The position numbers were made by a program, and so were the translations under genes. The notes below the pieces were generated by a model. It had not been told where the DNA came from and ran no database searches. It worked only from the letters and a program-made list of their open reading frames with translations. This document shows, piece by piece, positions 1-13,400 of a stretch of 64,000 nt of DNA. The DNA comes from Felis catus (Eukaryota), in NCBI RefSeq assembly GCF_018350175.1, contig NC_058383.1, forward strand, positions 28,894,001 to 28,958,000, given 5' to 3'. How positions within the stretch are numbered: the first letter of the stretch is position 1; each line of letters begins with the position of its first letter.

Positions 1-1090
1 ACATAGACACACGGATGCATTTCTTAGTATGCCAAGACACCAAGAAGTGCTGGTAAAAAAATACAGCGGGACAAAGAAAATGGTCCCTGGAACCTACAGA
101 AGAACACGAGGATAAGGGAAAGCTTGAGACAGCGCCACTTCTGCTGTCGGTCTCTGGTGGCTACATCCTCACAGAGGGACAAGCACGTATTCAGAAAACC
201 CATAGTACAGCTATGGCTGGAGTAGATGGTAAGCAAGCCAACAGATAAATCTGGGAATCGAGGAGGGGCCAGATAAATGATGGAAGTCCTTGTAAGTCAG
301 ATTTGTAACTAGGAAGATCTGCTGGAAAGGTGGGAAATGGAGTGAACCAACACCTATGTGCTTAGAGAGAACCAAGGAAAATTCCAGTAAAGAGGACACT
401 TCAGCTGGATCTTAAAGAGTAGGAGTTTAGTAGGTAAAGCAGTAACAACAGTGAACACTAATACAGTAATCACCGTGCCAGGCACTATTCTAAGATTTTA
501 ACACATACTAACTCATTTAATCCTTACGACCATTCCACGAGTACGTGACACCATTGGTTCCCATCTTACAGATGGGGGCACTGAGGCACGGGAAGTGCAG
601 TAAATCTGCCCTCAGCCACAAAGCCAGCATGGGAGGGGAGGCCATGCAGCCAGAGCCCATGCTCAAATAGATAGCAAATAAAGCAGATACAGAGGACCTC
701 TCCCAGCCACGAAGAAAAGGCACATGCAAAGAGATAAAGATGAAAAGTAATGCTCCACGTGAGTTGTAGAGATTACCTAAATTAATTACTTTAATTAAAT
801 TTTAAAAAGCTGAAAAGAGACAAATTCATGGAATAAAGTAGTGAGGACTGAACACAGAAACAATGTCGCAGACCATGCTAAGAAGCTGGTTCTGTGTGAA
901 AAAGGCATGAAGTTTTCTGGCAGGATGGTGCCCTATTTTAGAGATGCCTCAGGCTGCACTGTGGAGGGTAAAATTGGTGGGGGGTGGAGGTAGGGGTGAG
1001 GGGTAATGTGACATAGAGGAGAAGTGGTAAGCTAAAGGAATTAAGGGAAGAATCCAGACAAAAAAGCACCAACAATGCAAGAAGCCTTTA

Positions 1091-1307
1091 TTTTTTTTTT
1101 CAAAGTTTATTTTTTATTTTTGGGACAGAGAGAGACAGAGCATGAACGGGGGAGGGGCAGAGAGAGAGGGAGACACAGAATCGGAAACAGGCTCCAGGCT
1201 CTGAGCTGTCAGCCCAGAGCCCGACGCAGGGCTCGAACTCACAGACCGCGAGATCGTGACCTGGCTGAAGTCGGACGCTTAACCGACTGCGCCACCCAGG
1301 CGCCCCT
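1091..1307 (-). mobile_element. Young felid Can-SINE (SINEC_Fc type) in RRN3 intron 3
   Basis: Near-identical to other young copies in the window, CpGs intact, perfect 19-bp TSD ACAATGCAAGAAGCCTTTA (1072-1090 / 1308-1326). Confidence 0.93.
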
Positions 1308-2849
1308 ACAATGCAAGAAGCCTTTAAGGATATTTTTTTTTTCCCAAAGGCCCTGGTAAATCAATGGATACAAGGGGTGAGAAAAACCCCAAGGTTCCTC
1401 GCTCAAGAATTAGGTAAGCAGTAAATCGGTTAAGCACATAAAGAAGGTTGCAGAGGAGTGGGTTTGGGAGACAGAAAATGCTAAGTTTGGGGCATCAGTA
1501 TTACTTATGGGCTGGCAGTTAAAAAACCAGTCTAGGGCCCACAAGAGCCATCTAAGCTCTAGATACAAATTTGGAAGTTATGAGGACAAAGGTAAATTCC
1601 AAAGCTTAAAGGGCCTAAGGAGATCACACAGGAAGAATCTTTAGAATGAGGAAAGGGTCAAGTTTGGAAACCTAATCAACACCAAATTTAAGAACCCATC
1701 ACAATAATGATTGGACAGAAGTGATAAGAAGACCGCAAGATCCTAGAAACCAAAGGAAATTTAAGAAGTGGGCAGCCGAAGGGGTCTGGGTGGCTCAGTC
1801 GGTTAGACATCCAACTCTTGATTTCAGCTTAGAGCATGAACATGCGGTTCGTGAGTTCGAGCCCCACACTGGCCTCCAAGCTGACAGTTCGGTCGGCCCG
1901 CTTGGGATTCTCTCCCTGCCCCCGCCCCAGCCTTCCCTCATTCTCTCTCTTTCAATATAAATAAATAAAACCTAACAACAACAAAAAAGTGGGCAGCTAA
2001 CAGTGTCCACTGCTACAAGGAATTAGTATGAGGCTTGAAAAAAAGTCCACTGAAATGAGCAGGGAAGAAACCACTAGTAATAGGTCACAGTAATCACCGC
2101 AGTGGATCTCACAGGGGATTAAAACACGCATGAGCAGTGAGAAAGCTTGAGCTGTCACCAGAACAGTTAACAACCACAAAGCCCTTTGTGTCAGGGGCTG
2201 TTCCAAGTGATTCTTGTGTATTAACTCACTGGATCCTCTAAAACGTCTGCACTTAAAATACCTCTATTGTTTTCCTGACTTTATAAAGATGAGAAACACA
2301 GGCAGTGAGTTAAACAAGCTGCCCTAGATCACACACTGGGCAACCACAGAGGAAGGATTTTTTATCCCAGGCAATATGACTACCATGGCCACTCTTCCCA
2401 AAACTGGGCAAGAAGGGAAGAAAAGGGAAATGAAATTTCCTGAGTTGTGACGAGATGACAGGTATGTATTTAGAAAGGTGCCCCTCTTGAACTTCTTGCA
2501 CCATCTGCAAAGACACTAAAAAGAGCAGTTGCTTGAAAGGTAAGTCATCTTTTGTTCTTGTAGCAGCGGAGAGATGTGAGAGCTGCATGCGGCACAGAGG
2601 GAAGAGGCTCTAGGAAAGACGGGCCCCGGGGGCTCAGCCGGTTGAGCTCCGACTTCAGCTCGGGTCATGATCTCACGGTTCAGGAGTTGGAGCCCCACAT
2701 CAGGCTCTGTGCTGACGGCTCAGCACAGAGCCTGGAGCCTGCTTCGGATTCTGTGTCTCCCTCCCTCTCTGCTCCTCACTCGCACTCTGTCTGTCTCTCC
2801 CTCTACCTCAAAAATAAACGTTAAGAAAAATAAGAAAGGAAAGATAAAG

Positions 2850-3077
2850 CAGGGATTCTCAACCTGAGGACTACCAACATTTAGGACTTGATAATTCCTT
2901 GTTGTGGAGGGCTGCTCTGTGCATTCAGTGCTGGATGTTTCAGTGGCATCCTTGTCATCCCCTCCCTAGATGCCAGTAGTACCCACGCCCTCCCCCCAGA
3001 TGTGACAACCAAAAATGTCTCCGGTTCATCACCAAAAGTGCCCTGGCGGCAAAACTGCTCTTGGTTGAGAACCACCG
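2850..3077. mobile_element. MER20-like non-autonomous hAT element
   Basis: Terminal inverted repeats CAGGGATTCTCAACC / GGTTGAGAACCACCG, ~228 bp, partial 8-bp TSD (..taaag). Confidence 0.75.
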
Positions 3078-3196
3078 CATTAAAGTGAGGATCACACAGA
3101 GAGCCAGTTCTAGAGGATGGAATAGGACCAAACGCGCAAATTAAATCCATGCAAAATGGCAAGAACTTTGCTAATGATCAAACATAAATTAATTAC

Positions 3197-3253
3197 CTTT
3201 ATGTCCGGATCTGACAGCTGGTTCTTCAACAACTCAAAGTCATTTGTTTCACC
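3197..3253 (-). CDS. RRN3: RRN3 coding exon 3 (later exons lie beyond the left edge)
   Basis: Poly-T tract plus TAG acceptor, 57 nt encoding GETNDFELLKNQLSDPDIK, GTAAT donor. I did not find the expected next exon (DDQIINW...) in 1-3196. Confidence 0.95.
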
Positions 3254-4035
3254 CTAAACAGGGACCAAAAAAAAAAAAAAAAAAAAAAGTAGTTTTGCTT
3301 GCTTCAGTTTGCTATTAAAAAATCAAGAGCAGGACTTTTAATTCTTACAAAAGGAACAGCGTAACATTCACACATCAACTGTGGATTATAAAATTGTAAC
3401 TACAAACATTTAAAAACTCATGTTAGTGGAGCCGGACAGCTTGGAAAAAAAGAAAATGACTACTAAAAAGCTGTTCACATTCAGACCTACTTGCGTCCTG
3501 ACATCTGACGATCACATTCGATACAAGATACCATCCATTTGCTTATTCGCACTTAAATGCTTATATGTATGAAAACAAATATTTATATTTTCCCTCCATC
3601 GCTGAGATTTAACAGAATCCCTTCTAAACTACCACAAACCCAAACCAAAAACAAACAAAAAACCAAACCCCTCTTGGAGAGCTGGTTTACTATCCCAAAG
3701 CAATGCTTAGGTAATTCTTTCAGAAATAAAACACTCTGACCTAAGGATTTTTATTCCAGCACTTGCTAGAGTTTTTTTTTAAAGATGCTACATAAATGGA
3801 ACATTTGAAGATATGAAACCTCAGCAAAGAGGTTATCTGAGCTGACAACATCATGCTGTTATTAAAGAACTGACTTCAAACCGATATCTAAATTCATTTT
3901 ATTATGTCTACGTGGCTGTTGTATAATGGCTACAACTGTATCCTGACCCACCAAAACCAAACCTCCCTGTGTCAATTATATCTCAATTAAAGCAGGGGGC
4001 AAAAAGCCACCAAACCTCATGTTACCTCCTCTTAC

Positions 4036-4141
4036 CTTTTTGTACTTCAACAAGACTTCTGTCACAGTCCCACCAAACCGAACGGTTTTTCTTGGAGGAG
4101 AATTGAAGAAATCATTCTCTAACGTGAGCATATCTGAAAGT
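4036..4141 (-). CDS. RRN3: RRN3 coding exon 2
   Basis: TAG acceptor, 106 nt encoding (G)LSDMLTLENDFFNSPPRKTVRFGGTVTEVLLKYKK, GTAAG donor. Phase is consistent with exon 1. Confidence 0.96.
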
Positions 4142-5014
4142 CTATAGAACCAAGATAATCATACTATTACACGCAGGGCAGAGAATAAGAAAAAAATCAG
4201 AAGAGCCAACGTTTACTGAGCCAACATCATTCAGTGGGACTATCACTAAAGCCTCCTAATCGGCTTCCTTGCTTCCACTCTAAACTCCAACGTTCTTCGT
4301 TCAATGACCTAATGATCTTCCCCAAAATTGCATCATGCTCTCCTACCCTCCCTGTTAAACTCTCCAAAGGTTTCCCACCTCACTTAAAATACAAATCCAA
4401 GCTCTCGGTCCGGGTCTTCAAGGTCCTATATTAATTAGTCTGGCCCCTGCCTACCTCTGACCTCATCTCCAGCCACTTAACATACTGCAACCATAGTGTC
4501 CTTTCTATTCTTCAAACTTGCCACGCTGATTCCCATTTCTTTTGCTGTTCGCTCTCTATCAGAAACACTCATCCTCCAGATACGGACACAGCTGGACTCT
4601 CGTCTTCCCTCCAACTGAAGCTCAAATGTCAGAGAGACGATTAAAGCACCCATCCTCTCTCTCCTGGCCCCCGTTTTACCTCTTCACGGCAGATCATCAC
4701 TGCCTGAAACCATCCCTTTCCGTTATTTACTGGCCTCTTCACTGTCTTTCCCTCCTGAGATTGTAAGCTCTGTTGAGAGCAGAGATGTTGTCGCTTTTGA
4801 TAGACTACTGTCTCCAGGGTCTAACACAGAGAGAGTATAGGTGCTTAATAAACACCATAAATGATACTATGCTAAGTGTTTTACAAAGTTTTCTTCCTTC
4901 AAATAGAGCGGGGGGGGGGGGGGGGGGGGAACCACACCAGTATCCTACTAATGACTCTCAAAGCCAAACCCCAAAATGTTTTATGAGGGTTAGGGGCTTT
5001 AAAAGTGGAAGACA

Positions 5015-5230
5015 GGGGCGCCTGGGTGGCGCAGTCGGTTAAGCGTCCGACTTCAGCCAGGTCACGATCTCGCGGTCCGTGAGTTCGAGCCCCGCATCAG
5101 GCTCTGGGCTGATGGCTCGGAGCCTGGAGCCTGTTTCCGATTCTGTGTCTCCCTCTCTCTCTGCCCCTCCCCCGTTCATGCTCTGTCTCTCTGTCCCAAA
5201 AATAAATAAACGTTAAAAAAAAAAAATAAA
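5015..5230 (+). mobile_element. Young felid Can-SINE in RRN3 intron 1
   Basis: tRNA-derived head, (CT)n, A tail; TSD taaaagtgg(a/c)agaca. Confidence 0.92.
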
Positions 5231-5599
5231 TAAAAGTGGCAGACAGACTGTTAAGAAAACGTGTATGCGGAAACAAATTTCAAACACCAACAAAAAATTA
5301 AGAGTCGGTTTGCCATTAATGACAGCATTCGCCTGATGATTCAAACAACCCAGGGAATTCTTTCCAAATCTACGTGAAGAAAAGGGAGGAATGAGGTAGT
5401 ACCCAGGCCTGGGACGCTAGGCGGGAGCCCACTGGGGAGAAAAGACCCTTGAACGGAGAACAGATGCATTTTCCCACCTTTACTACCCACTTAAGGGCAC
5501 GGGCTCACTCTCGAGAACTTGAGATGACCCTCTACCGTTGCTCCCAGGACTCCTTCAGCTCTGCCCCAGGCCCTATCACATTCGCTTTCCTAACCCCGA

Positions 5600-6050
5600 T
5601 CCTGAGCTTTGGCCCCAGATGCGCAGAAGGAAGCGTCCCGGACTCTCACCCGGTCCTCGACGCCCCCAGCGTCTTGACTGCAGACGCTGAGGCTGCCGCA
5701 TCTCCCGGCAACCGCGTGTGAAGCAGCGGGGCCGCCATTGGGCCCGACAAGCGCGACGACTGCGCCTCTCCCCGGAAGTCGTGGGCCTTCTAGCCGCCCC
5801 TGTGGCCCGGAAGACGTGCGCGCGAGCGGCGGCCTTCAGCCAATCAGGAGCGCCATGGGACCGCTCCGTGATCCCGGCGGGCTAGAGCGCCGCCGAAGCT
5901 TTCTCCTCCCCGCCCTGCCTCCAGGCCCCTCCTCTCAGTTGGAGGACTTTCCCCGCCTCGCCAGGTGCGGCTGTGAGAGCGGCCAAGGCGCTGCGAGAAG
6001 AGAGATCCTTGGCAGCTCCGGCCAGCCCTGAGGGTCCCGAAGGAAGGGCA
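5600..6050 (-). promoter_or_regulatory. RRN3 CpG-island promoter
   Basis: CpG-rich stretch spanning the ATG. ETS/GABP-type CCGGAAGT at ~5772, CCGGAAG at ~5807, CCAAT at ~5840, YY1-like CCGCCAT overlapping the start codon. Confidence 0.8.
5650..5738 (-). CDS. RRN3: RRN3 coding exon 1 (RNA polymerase I initiation factor TIF-IA)
   Basis: Minus strand from ATG at 5738 reads MAAPLLHTRLPGDAAASASAVKTLGASRTG, matching the recalled mammalian RRN3 N-terminus. 89 nt, then a GTGAG donor at 5649. Lies in a CpG island. Confidence 0.96.
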
Positions 6051-7416
6051 GGAACCGTTAGTGGACCCCTACTGGTCGGGTGCCACTAGTATTATCTTTT
6101 TGGAGTCAAAGCATCCCTTAGTCAAACTGAAGAAACCAAAGCTCTGGTTAACACCAGCACGCAGAGACAAGGGGCAGCCGGGATTCGAACTAGGCTGCTC
6201 CACCCAGCATCCGGGGGGGGGGGGGGGGGGGTAGGGCTCTATACCCTCTGTGCTATCCTCACAGACTTTGGAACTAATCTTATCTTTGCGGAAACTGAGG
6301 TTTGACGGAGCGATTTACCCAGAAAACTCAGAGCTGAAATCAGAGAGGAGTCAGTTTTCAAGAGGCGTTAGTCCTTGAATTTAGTTTTTTTTAAATTTAT
6401 TCATTAATTTTGAGACACAGAGATAGAAAGCATGAGTAGGGAAGGGGCAGAGAGAGGAGAGGAAGTGAGAATCCCAAGCAGGCGCTGCACCGCCAGTGCA
6501 GAGCTCAAAGCCGGGCTCCATCCCGCCAGCTATGAGATGATGACCTGAGCTGAAATCCAGGGTCCTCAGTAGCTTAACCCAATGAGCAACCCAGGAGCCA
6601 CTGAACTTACATTTTTAAGGGAGGTCCAGGGGTCCGCCAGACCTGCTGCAAGCAGGGAAGGGACTTTTAGTATAGGGAAGGGCAGGGCCCAAGGCACGGT
6701 GGGGGGGAAGGAAGCAGAGGGAGCCCCTCCCCTTAGTTTCTAAGAATGGAAAATGTTGCAACCTTTGGAAACTGTATAGAATTATCAAAAGGACATTAAG
6801 CCAGCTACAGTGAACTTGTTACATATAAAGCACTGTTCGATTTTGCAACAGTGTAAAATAAGTAACTCTCTGCCAACTCTATAAGGCACCACCATTTCTT
6901 ACCCCACTGGTTTAGGGTTCCTTCAGAATGTTGGGCAGAGATTTTCAGTGTCCTGAGAGCAGGGGAAATTGTACCCTAGCTCACAAAGATTCCTCAAGAC
7001 AGCTGTTGAAGTGGGAATCTCTTCCCCTCCATCCCCAAAGCAGGGGGGGGGGGGAAATCACAATTCGTTGGAACTCTCATACACTGTCAGAAGCTTAACT
7101 CTGCACCGCCAATTTGACAATTACTTATCCTTTCATTTTTTTCAAGTCTGACATGCACGAAACAGTGTAAGTTAAGAGCTCCCAGGTGGCTCAGTGGGTT
7201 AAGCGTCCCACTCTTGATTTCAGTTCAGGTCATCAACTCATGGTTCATGAGTTCAAGTGCCGTGTCAGGCTCCGTCCTGACAGCGCGAAGCCTGCTTGGG
7301 ATTCTCTCTCCCTCTCTCTGTTCCCCTCCCCTGCTTGTGCACTCTCTTTCTCAAAATAAACTTAAAAAAAGAGAGAGAGAATATAGTTAATCAAAGTTAT
7401 AAAACATAATAAAATA

Positions 7417-7640
7417 GGGGCGCCTGGGTGGCGCAGTCGGTTGAGCGTCCGACTTCAGCCAGGTCACAATCTCGCGGTCCGTGAGTTCGAGCCCCGCGTC
7501 GGGCTCTGGGCTGATGGCTCAGAGCCTGGAGCCTGTTTCCGATTCTGTGTCTCCCTCTCTCTCTGCTCCTCCCCCGTTCATGCTCTGTCTCTCTCTGTCC
7601 CAAAAATAAATAAACATTGAAAAAAAAATTTAAAAAAAAA
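7417..7640 (+). mobile_element. Young felid Can-SINE
   Basis: Same young subfamily sequence; TSD aaaacataataaaata. Confidence 0.9.
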
Positions 7641-7820
7641 CATAATAAAATAAATACCTGTGAATGAACGTACCACCCAATTTATGAAACAGAACATTAA
7701 CCCTTACTATGGAAGCTTCCTGTGTGCTCCTCCCAGGTCCCACCTTCTCCCTGCTTCCTCCTAAAGATAATTACTATCCTAACTTTTTAAAACCATTTCA
7801 ACTTTTCTTTAGGTAATTAC

Positions 7821-7851
<31 letters not shown>

Positions 7852-7908
7852 GTATATATATGTGTATGTATATATATGCATATATATACATACATATATA
7901 TATGTATA
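7821..7908. repeat. (TA)n / TA-rich microsatellite
   Basis: Directly visible. Confidence 0.95.
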
Positions 7909-9919
7909 TTCCTAAACTACATATATGCTTTTGCTTGTCTTTCCATCATAAAATTATCTCCATTCTGCATTATACCTTCTACTGGTTCATCCCATTCCTG
8001 TTATATTAGTTGTTTCTCGCCATGTAGCATTCATCCATTATATGAATATCCCACAATTTATATTTCCATTTTCCTATCGCCAACATTTAGATTATTTTTT
8101 CCTCCCCCCCCCAATTATGTACATTGCTGTGAATATGCTTCTACAGTCTCCTGAATCATGTGTGTGAAAATTTTTCCAAAGTAGAATTGTTGGCTTAGAG
8201 GGCATATAAGACATGTTGAGTTTTCCAAAGTGGTTGTGCCAATATACATTCTCAGAAATATCTCCTTAAATTTGAGCACAGCTCCTTCCTTATTTTCCCA
8301 AAGCACAGTGAAGACTAAGCTTCCATGTTAAAAATTTTTCAGCGGAAGCTTCATCATAATATAAGGAAAATCTGAAAACTAAACAGCTTAATTCACTGTT
8401 GGGAGTTCTTTGATCATGTCTCTTCATTGAAGATTCTCGATTCAGTTACCCTCTTCCATGGGCCAACTCATCTTGCCTTTTTTATCCAGTCTTGCCTTCC
8501 CTGGAGTCCCATCTCTTTTGGTCTCCAGCTCTAATCTAAGCAGGTAAAGGCTGGAGCACCTGGCTGGCTCAGTCAGTAGGGCATGGGACTCTTGATCTCA
8601 GGGTCATGAGTTCAAGCCCCACGTTGGGCATAGAGATTACTTCTGGAAGGAAGGGAGGGAGGGAGGGAGGGAGGGACCTCCAAATGAGTAACAGAAAGGC
8701 AAACAAGTATTAACACACAGCATGTAAAGACAGCCTTGCCCACAATGTGGTTGTTCTTATACATCACTGAGCCTTGTACTTGTTCATAATTGTTCTGAGC
8801 TTCTTCATTCCAGGATGAATTTTTGCTTTACTTTCATACACCCAGAAGACCCATTAAACTGTTTTTCAGAAGAGCGACCTTCCCCTAGAGATGAATTTTA
8901 CAATCATCCCTAGAATAGTTCTGTTGGTTAAAGTTTCTTGGCCTGAAAGTAACAGAAACTATCTCAAGAGGGCTTAAGCAGAAAAGAATTTGATACTAAT
9001 GATACACGGATCTGTTGCCTTAAGAGGCAACAGAAAGTAATTTCTCATTGGCCAAGTTTGAGTCGAGTGCCCTTCTCTAACTCAATCGAGAGAGGTGAGG
9101 TCATAGTGTACCAAATGGCTTCCAAGGAATACTTGCTACAGATGAGAGGTAGTTTATTTATTTTGAGAGAAAGCCCGTGTGTGCTTGAGCATGGGAGAGG
9201 CAGAGAGAGGGAGAGAGAGAGAAGCCCAAGCAGGCTGTGCGCTGTCAGCGAAGAGCCGGACAAGGAGCTGGAACTGTGAGATCATGACCTGAGCCAAAGT
9301 CAAGAGTCGGCTGCTTAACAGACTGGCCCCCCCAGGCGCCCCTAACCATTTCTAAGCATAGTGCCCAGCAGTGTTAGCTACATTCACAATGTTGTGCAAC
9401 TACGTCCAGAATTCTTTTCACCTGAAACTTGATGCCAGTAAACAACTTCCCCTTCTCCCCTCCCCCCAGCAACCACCATTCTTTCTGTCTCTATGAATCT
9501 GATTCTGTCATATGAGAAATGTCATAGAAGTGGAATCGTACAGTATTTGTCTGGCTGTGACTGGCTTACTTTACTTAGCTGGATTACTTCACTTCCGTTA
9601 TTCTTTTTTTCCAAATATCTGCCATGCGTAGTCTTTCAGCCTGAGTTAGTTATTTTAAATTATAATATAGAAATATAAAATAGAAAATTTAAATATAATA
9701 TAGAAATTATAATACAGAAATATAATACAGAAATACCAAAGCATGGGACAGAAAGGGGGAAGAAATATAAAACAGCTAAAGTTTTTGGGAGTTTTGATCA
9801 AAAGTATCGTACCACCTGAAAACATGCTTTTGCCTATAATGGAAATCTTTAAAGAAAACTATCCCGATTTTAGAGCATTCTTGCATAAATAACCTACTGA
9901 TACAAAGAAAGAATGTAAG

Positions 9920-10437
9920 AAGACACTCTCAAATGAATTTTATTTGATTACCAATAAAATGTACAACCCAATCAGATTTTAAAAGCCTTGGGAAAAATAA
10001 AAATCCTTGGGAAAATGGGAAATTCATGTTCACTAAATGAAATGAACACATAAATATAAATTGTAGCATGTTACAATGCATTGATTGTGTTGACTTTTCT
10101 ATTAGTTAATGAGGTCACAAAGTAATCTTAAATTCAGAGTTACATTTTCCACTGTCCGTTTCTGTGGGGACTACACTTACTTCCGTCTTTACCCAGAGTT
10201 TGTGAGGCATTATTTTCTACTTGAAATTCTCTCACAAGAAGTCTATTTTAAAAAACAACTTTTTTAAAAAACAAAGATCATTTAGAATAGCATAGTTTAT
10301 TATGGCTTAAGATTCTGGCAATAACTTTATGATCTGAAGCTGGAAAATCCTCCCCAACACTGACACACGTACACTTGGCAAAGGCCGTCTAGTAGGCCCA
10401 CTGGCCTGAGAGAGATCAGCACTCCACATGGAGGTTT
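9920..10437 (-). other. Predicted non-coding terminal (3'UTR) exon of the TMEM238-like gene
   Basis: Minus-strand acceptor ...CTCTTAACCTCGTTTCAG| at 10438, AT-rich apparently repeat-free sequence, AATAAA at 9944-9939. Would pair with the strong donor CAA|GTAAGT at 13939. The 3' end is approximate. Confidence 0.5.
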
Positions 10438-13400
10438 CTGAAACGAGGTTAAGAGGTAAGTACTTGTGCTTTTATAAAGTTGGCACTTAAGTCTGTAGAA
10501 ACACTGGTGATTCTGGAAAGAAAAAAGCAATTTGTATTTGAGATGATATTTATAAACAGAGTGAAACAAAAAAATTACAGAGTTCTCTCTGGGAACACAG
10601 CTTTCAAAAGAGCCACCCATAGGTTGATGTGGGGTATTACAGCTCAAGTTACAATTGGCGGGCTTACGAAGAACGCTCTTTAATAACTTTAACTTGAAAG
10701 GAAAGCTTATAATCTACGCCTTATAACAAATCACACATCAATTATACCTCAATTCCAGCTCCAATGGAGCCCACCTCTGATTGTTAGGACAAACAAGACA
10801 ATCCCTGTACATTACTTAGTACAGTGTGTAGTGTATTATAACACCCAATAAATGTTAGCTGTTGTTATTGACAAATGCCCCAAGTGCATCTTAATTCAAA
10901 ATGGGAATATGATGATAAATATAACAGGGGCTCCTGGCTGGCTCAGTTGGTAGAGTGTGTGACTCTTCATCTTAGGGCCCCGAGAACAAGCCCCATGTTG
11001 GGTGTGGAGACTAGTTAAAAAAATAAAAATTTAAAAATTTAAAAATAATTTAAAAAGAAGAGATAAATAAAACAAAGGTGAATAAGATCTTCATGGTCTA
11101 AAAGATACCATGACTAATTAAGAGCTAATAAGTCCTCTGAGGATAAAATATTTTTCTTTAAGTACCTCGTGAACTACAGAGCAATTTTTTTTATTATTCT
11201 AGATCAGGGTTCCTCAATCTCACAGTAATAATGGTTTGCGTGGAATAATTCTGTGTTGGAACGGGCCAGCCAGGGCACTGTGTTTTGCAGCACCTCTGGT
11301 CTCTACCCACCAGATATCAGGAGCGCCCCTCCTCAACTCTGCATCTTTCTGTTGCTGGGGACTATCACTGTGAGTTCAAAGGCCAACGTGGGCATCAGTT
11401 TCCACCCCTGCTCCCCTCAGAGCTCCCGATGCCTGCCTGTCTGGCCAGTGTCTGCTCAGGGCCTGAACATCACCATCTACACATTCTAGACTCCACTAGG
11501 GGCAAATGCCAGGCACCAAACAGTGGAATCTCAATCTGGGAGTCAAAGACTCTGGAAATCACCTCCTCTCAGGCCAGCGGAACAAGAGATGGCCAGGTTC
11601 CCTGAAAGATCAATGCTCTTAGATGAAAGCCTCCAGATGACTCAACGGGAGTCAGAGGAACTATGCAACCTACCCACACACACTGGGGGCCGTTTTCTTT
11701 TCTCTCTCGGTATATAAGCAATCACATAATATCCTTGATTTTGTCTTTTGGCCCACAGAGCCTAAAATACTTACTATCTGGGTCTTTATAGAAAAAATTT
11801 GTCAACTCTTGTTTTAGGTAAGTATCTTACAGTCAATATAGAGAAACGTGTCACAACATTTGGTGTTCATTCTACCTGACGTCATCTTTATAGCAAAAAA
11901 AGGGGTGGGAGGTGTGCCTGGGTGGCTCAACTGGTCAAGTGTCTGACTCACGGTTTCGGCTCAGGTCATGATCTTATAGTTCGAGAGTTTGAGCCCCGCA
12001 TCAGGCTGTCTGCTGTCAGCACAGAGCCCACTTTGGATCCTCTGTACCCCTCTCTGCCCCTCCTCTGCTCTCTCTCTGTCTCAAAAATAAGTATTTTTAA
12101 AAAGGATTTTAAAAGAAGTTATGTGCAAGTAAATAAACATCTGAAAGTGTTTTCCAAGATGAATGCCCATGGAGCCTACACTTGGGTTAGAAACTGTTGC
12201 TAATGTCTAAGAGGCCTGTTTTCAGCTTAGAACTGTTAAAGACCTTAGAATTATTATCTAATTATTGGCCGACTGCCATTACCTTACAACAGAGACCACA
12301 GGTAGAATTATAACACATCTTATCTTTCTTTTTTTCTTTTTTTCTTTTTTTTAAGTAGGCCTCATCCCCAGCACAGAGCCTAGCAAGGAGGGGCTTTAAC
12401 TCATGACTCTGAGATCAAGACCTGAGCTGAGGTCAAGACCCCAAGGCTTGGGGCCCCTGGGTGGCTCAGTCGGTTTAGTGTCCAACTCTTGATTTCAGCC
12501 CCAGGTCATGATCCCAGAGTCATGGGATGGAGCCCCGTGTCAGGCTCCACTACTTGGGATTCTCTTTTTCTCTCTCCCTCTGCCTCTCTCCCCTGCTCAC
12601 GATCTCTCTCTCTCTCTCAAATAAAAACATAAAAATAAAAATAATTTAAAAGCTTTAAAGAAAAAGAGTCAGAGGCTTAACCGAATGGGCCACCCAGGCG
12701 CCCCCACACATTATCCTTCTTAACAAGCCTAAAGAAGAAAGAAATTAAGAGTTTGACTTCCACAGAATATTCATTTGTTACCCCTCGCCCCCCCCCCCAC
12801 ATGAAACCAACCAATATGAAATAACCTTCTTGGATAACATGTTGATAGCATTTAAACAGGGAGCATTAACATAACCTCAAAATACTGCTCTGCTCTATAC
12901 TCTCCCCAGCTCCAGAGCAGGTAATTTATGGAAGAGGATTAGAGAAAAAGATCAGGAAATTGATACTCAGCAGTGAATACCATTATGACAGCACTTAACC
13001 CACTGAGCAGGGTCACCAATTTTGACCTTCACATGACCTTTTCTACCTTTCTAATTGACAGAAGGTTGAGAAGTTAAGTGGAATTGGTCCTCAATAGCCT
13101 CAAGCATAGAGTTCATCAAACAGGTAAGCACAGAGGGTCTTGTGATCTAGTGGAAAGTTCATGGGATTTAGTACAAATAGCCAAATGTTTTCCAAACTTC
13201 AGGATCATTCAACCTTCACTATACAATTAATTTTTTACCTTTAAGTTGGCTCATGTAAGTGTTTGAGTTTTTTTGGTTTTGTTTTGTTTACTTAACTATG
13301 AAAAGTTACTTACTTTACTTATACTGTGAAAAGCAACTGGCACTATTGTAAATAGAAAAACCAGTTATTACTTGGCATAAATAGAAGTTACCCATTGAAA

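Noticed and set aside
1075..1359. Recurrent ORFs such as ...ERGRGRERGRHRI... and MAQSV.RPTSAQVMIS... throughout the window
   Set aside because: Translations of Can-SINEs, not genes.
3254..4035. Possible intronic snoRNA in RRN3 intron 2
   Set aside because: No properly spaced C/D boxes with a terminal stem or H/ACA architecture found by eye.
5015..5100. tRNA-like A/B boxes (GGCGCAGTCGG...GAGTTCGAGCCC)
   Set aside because: tRNA-derived SINE heads followed by (CT)n and A tails, not tRNA genes.
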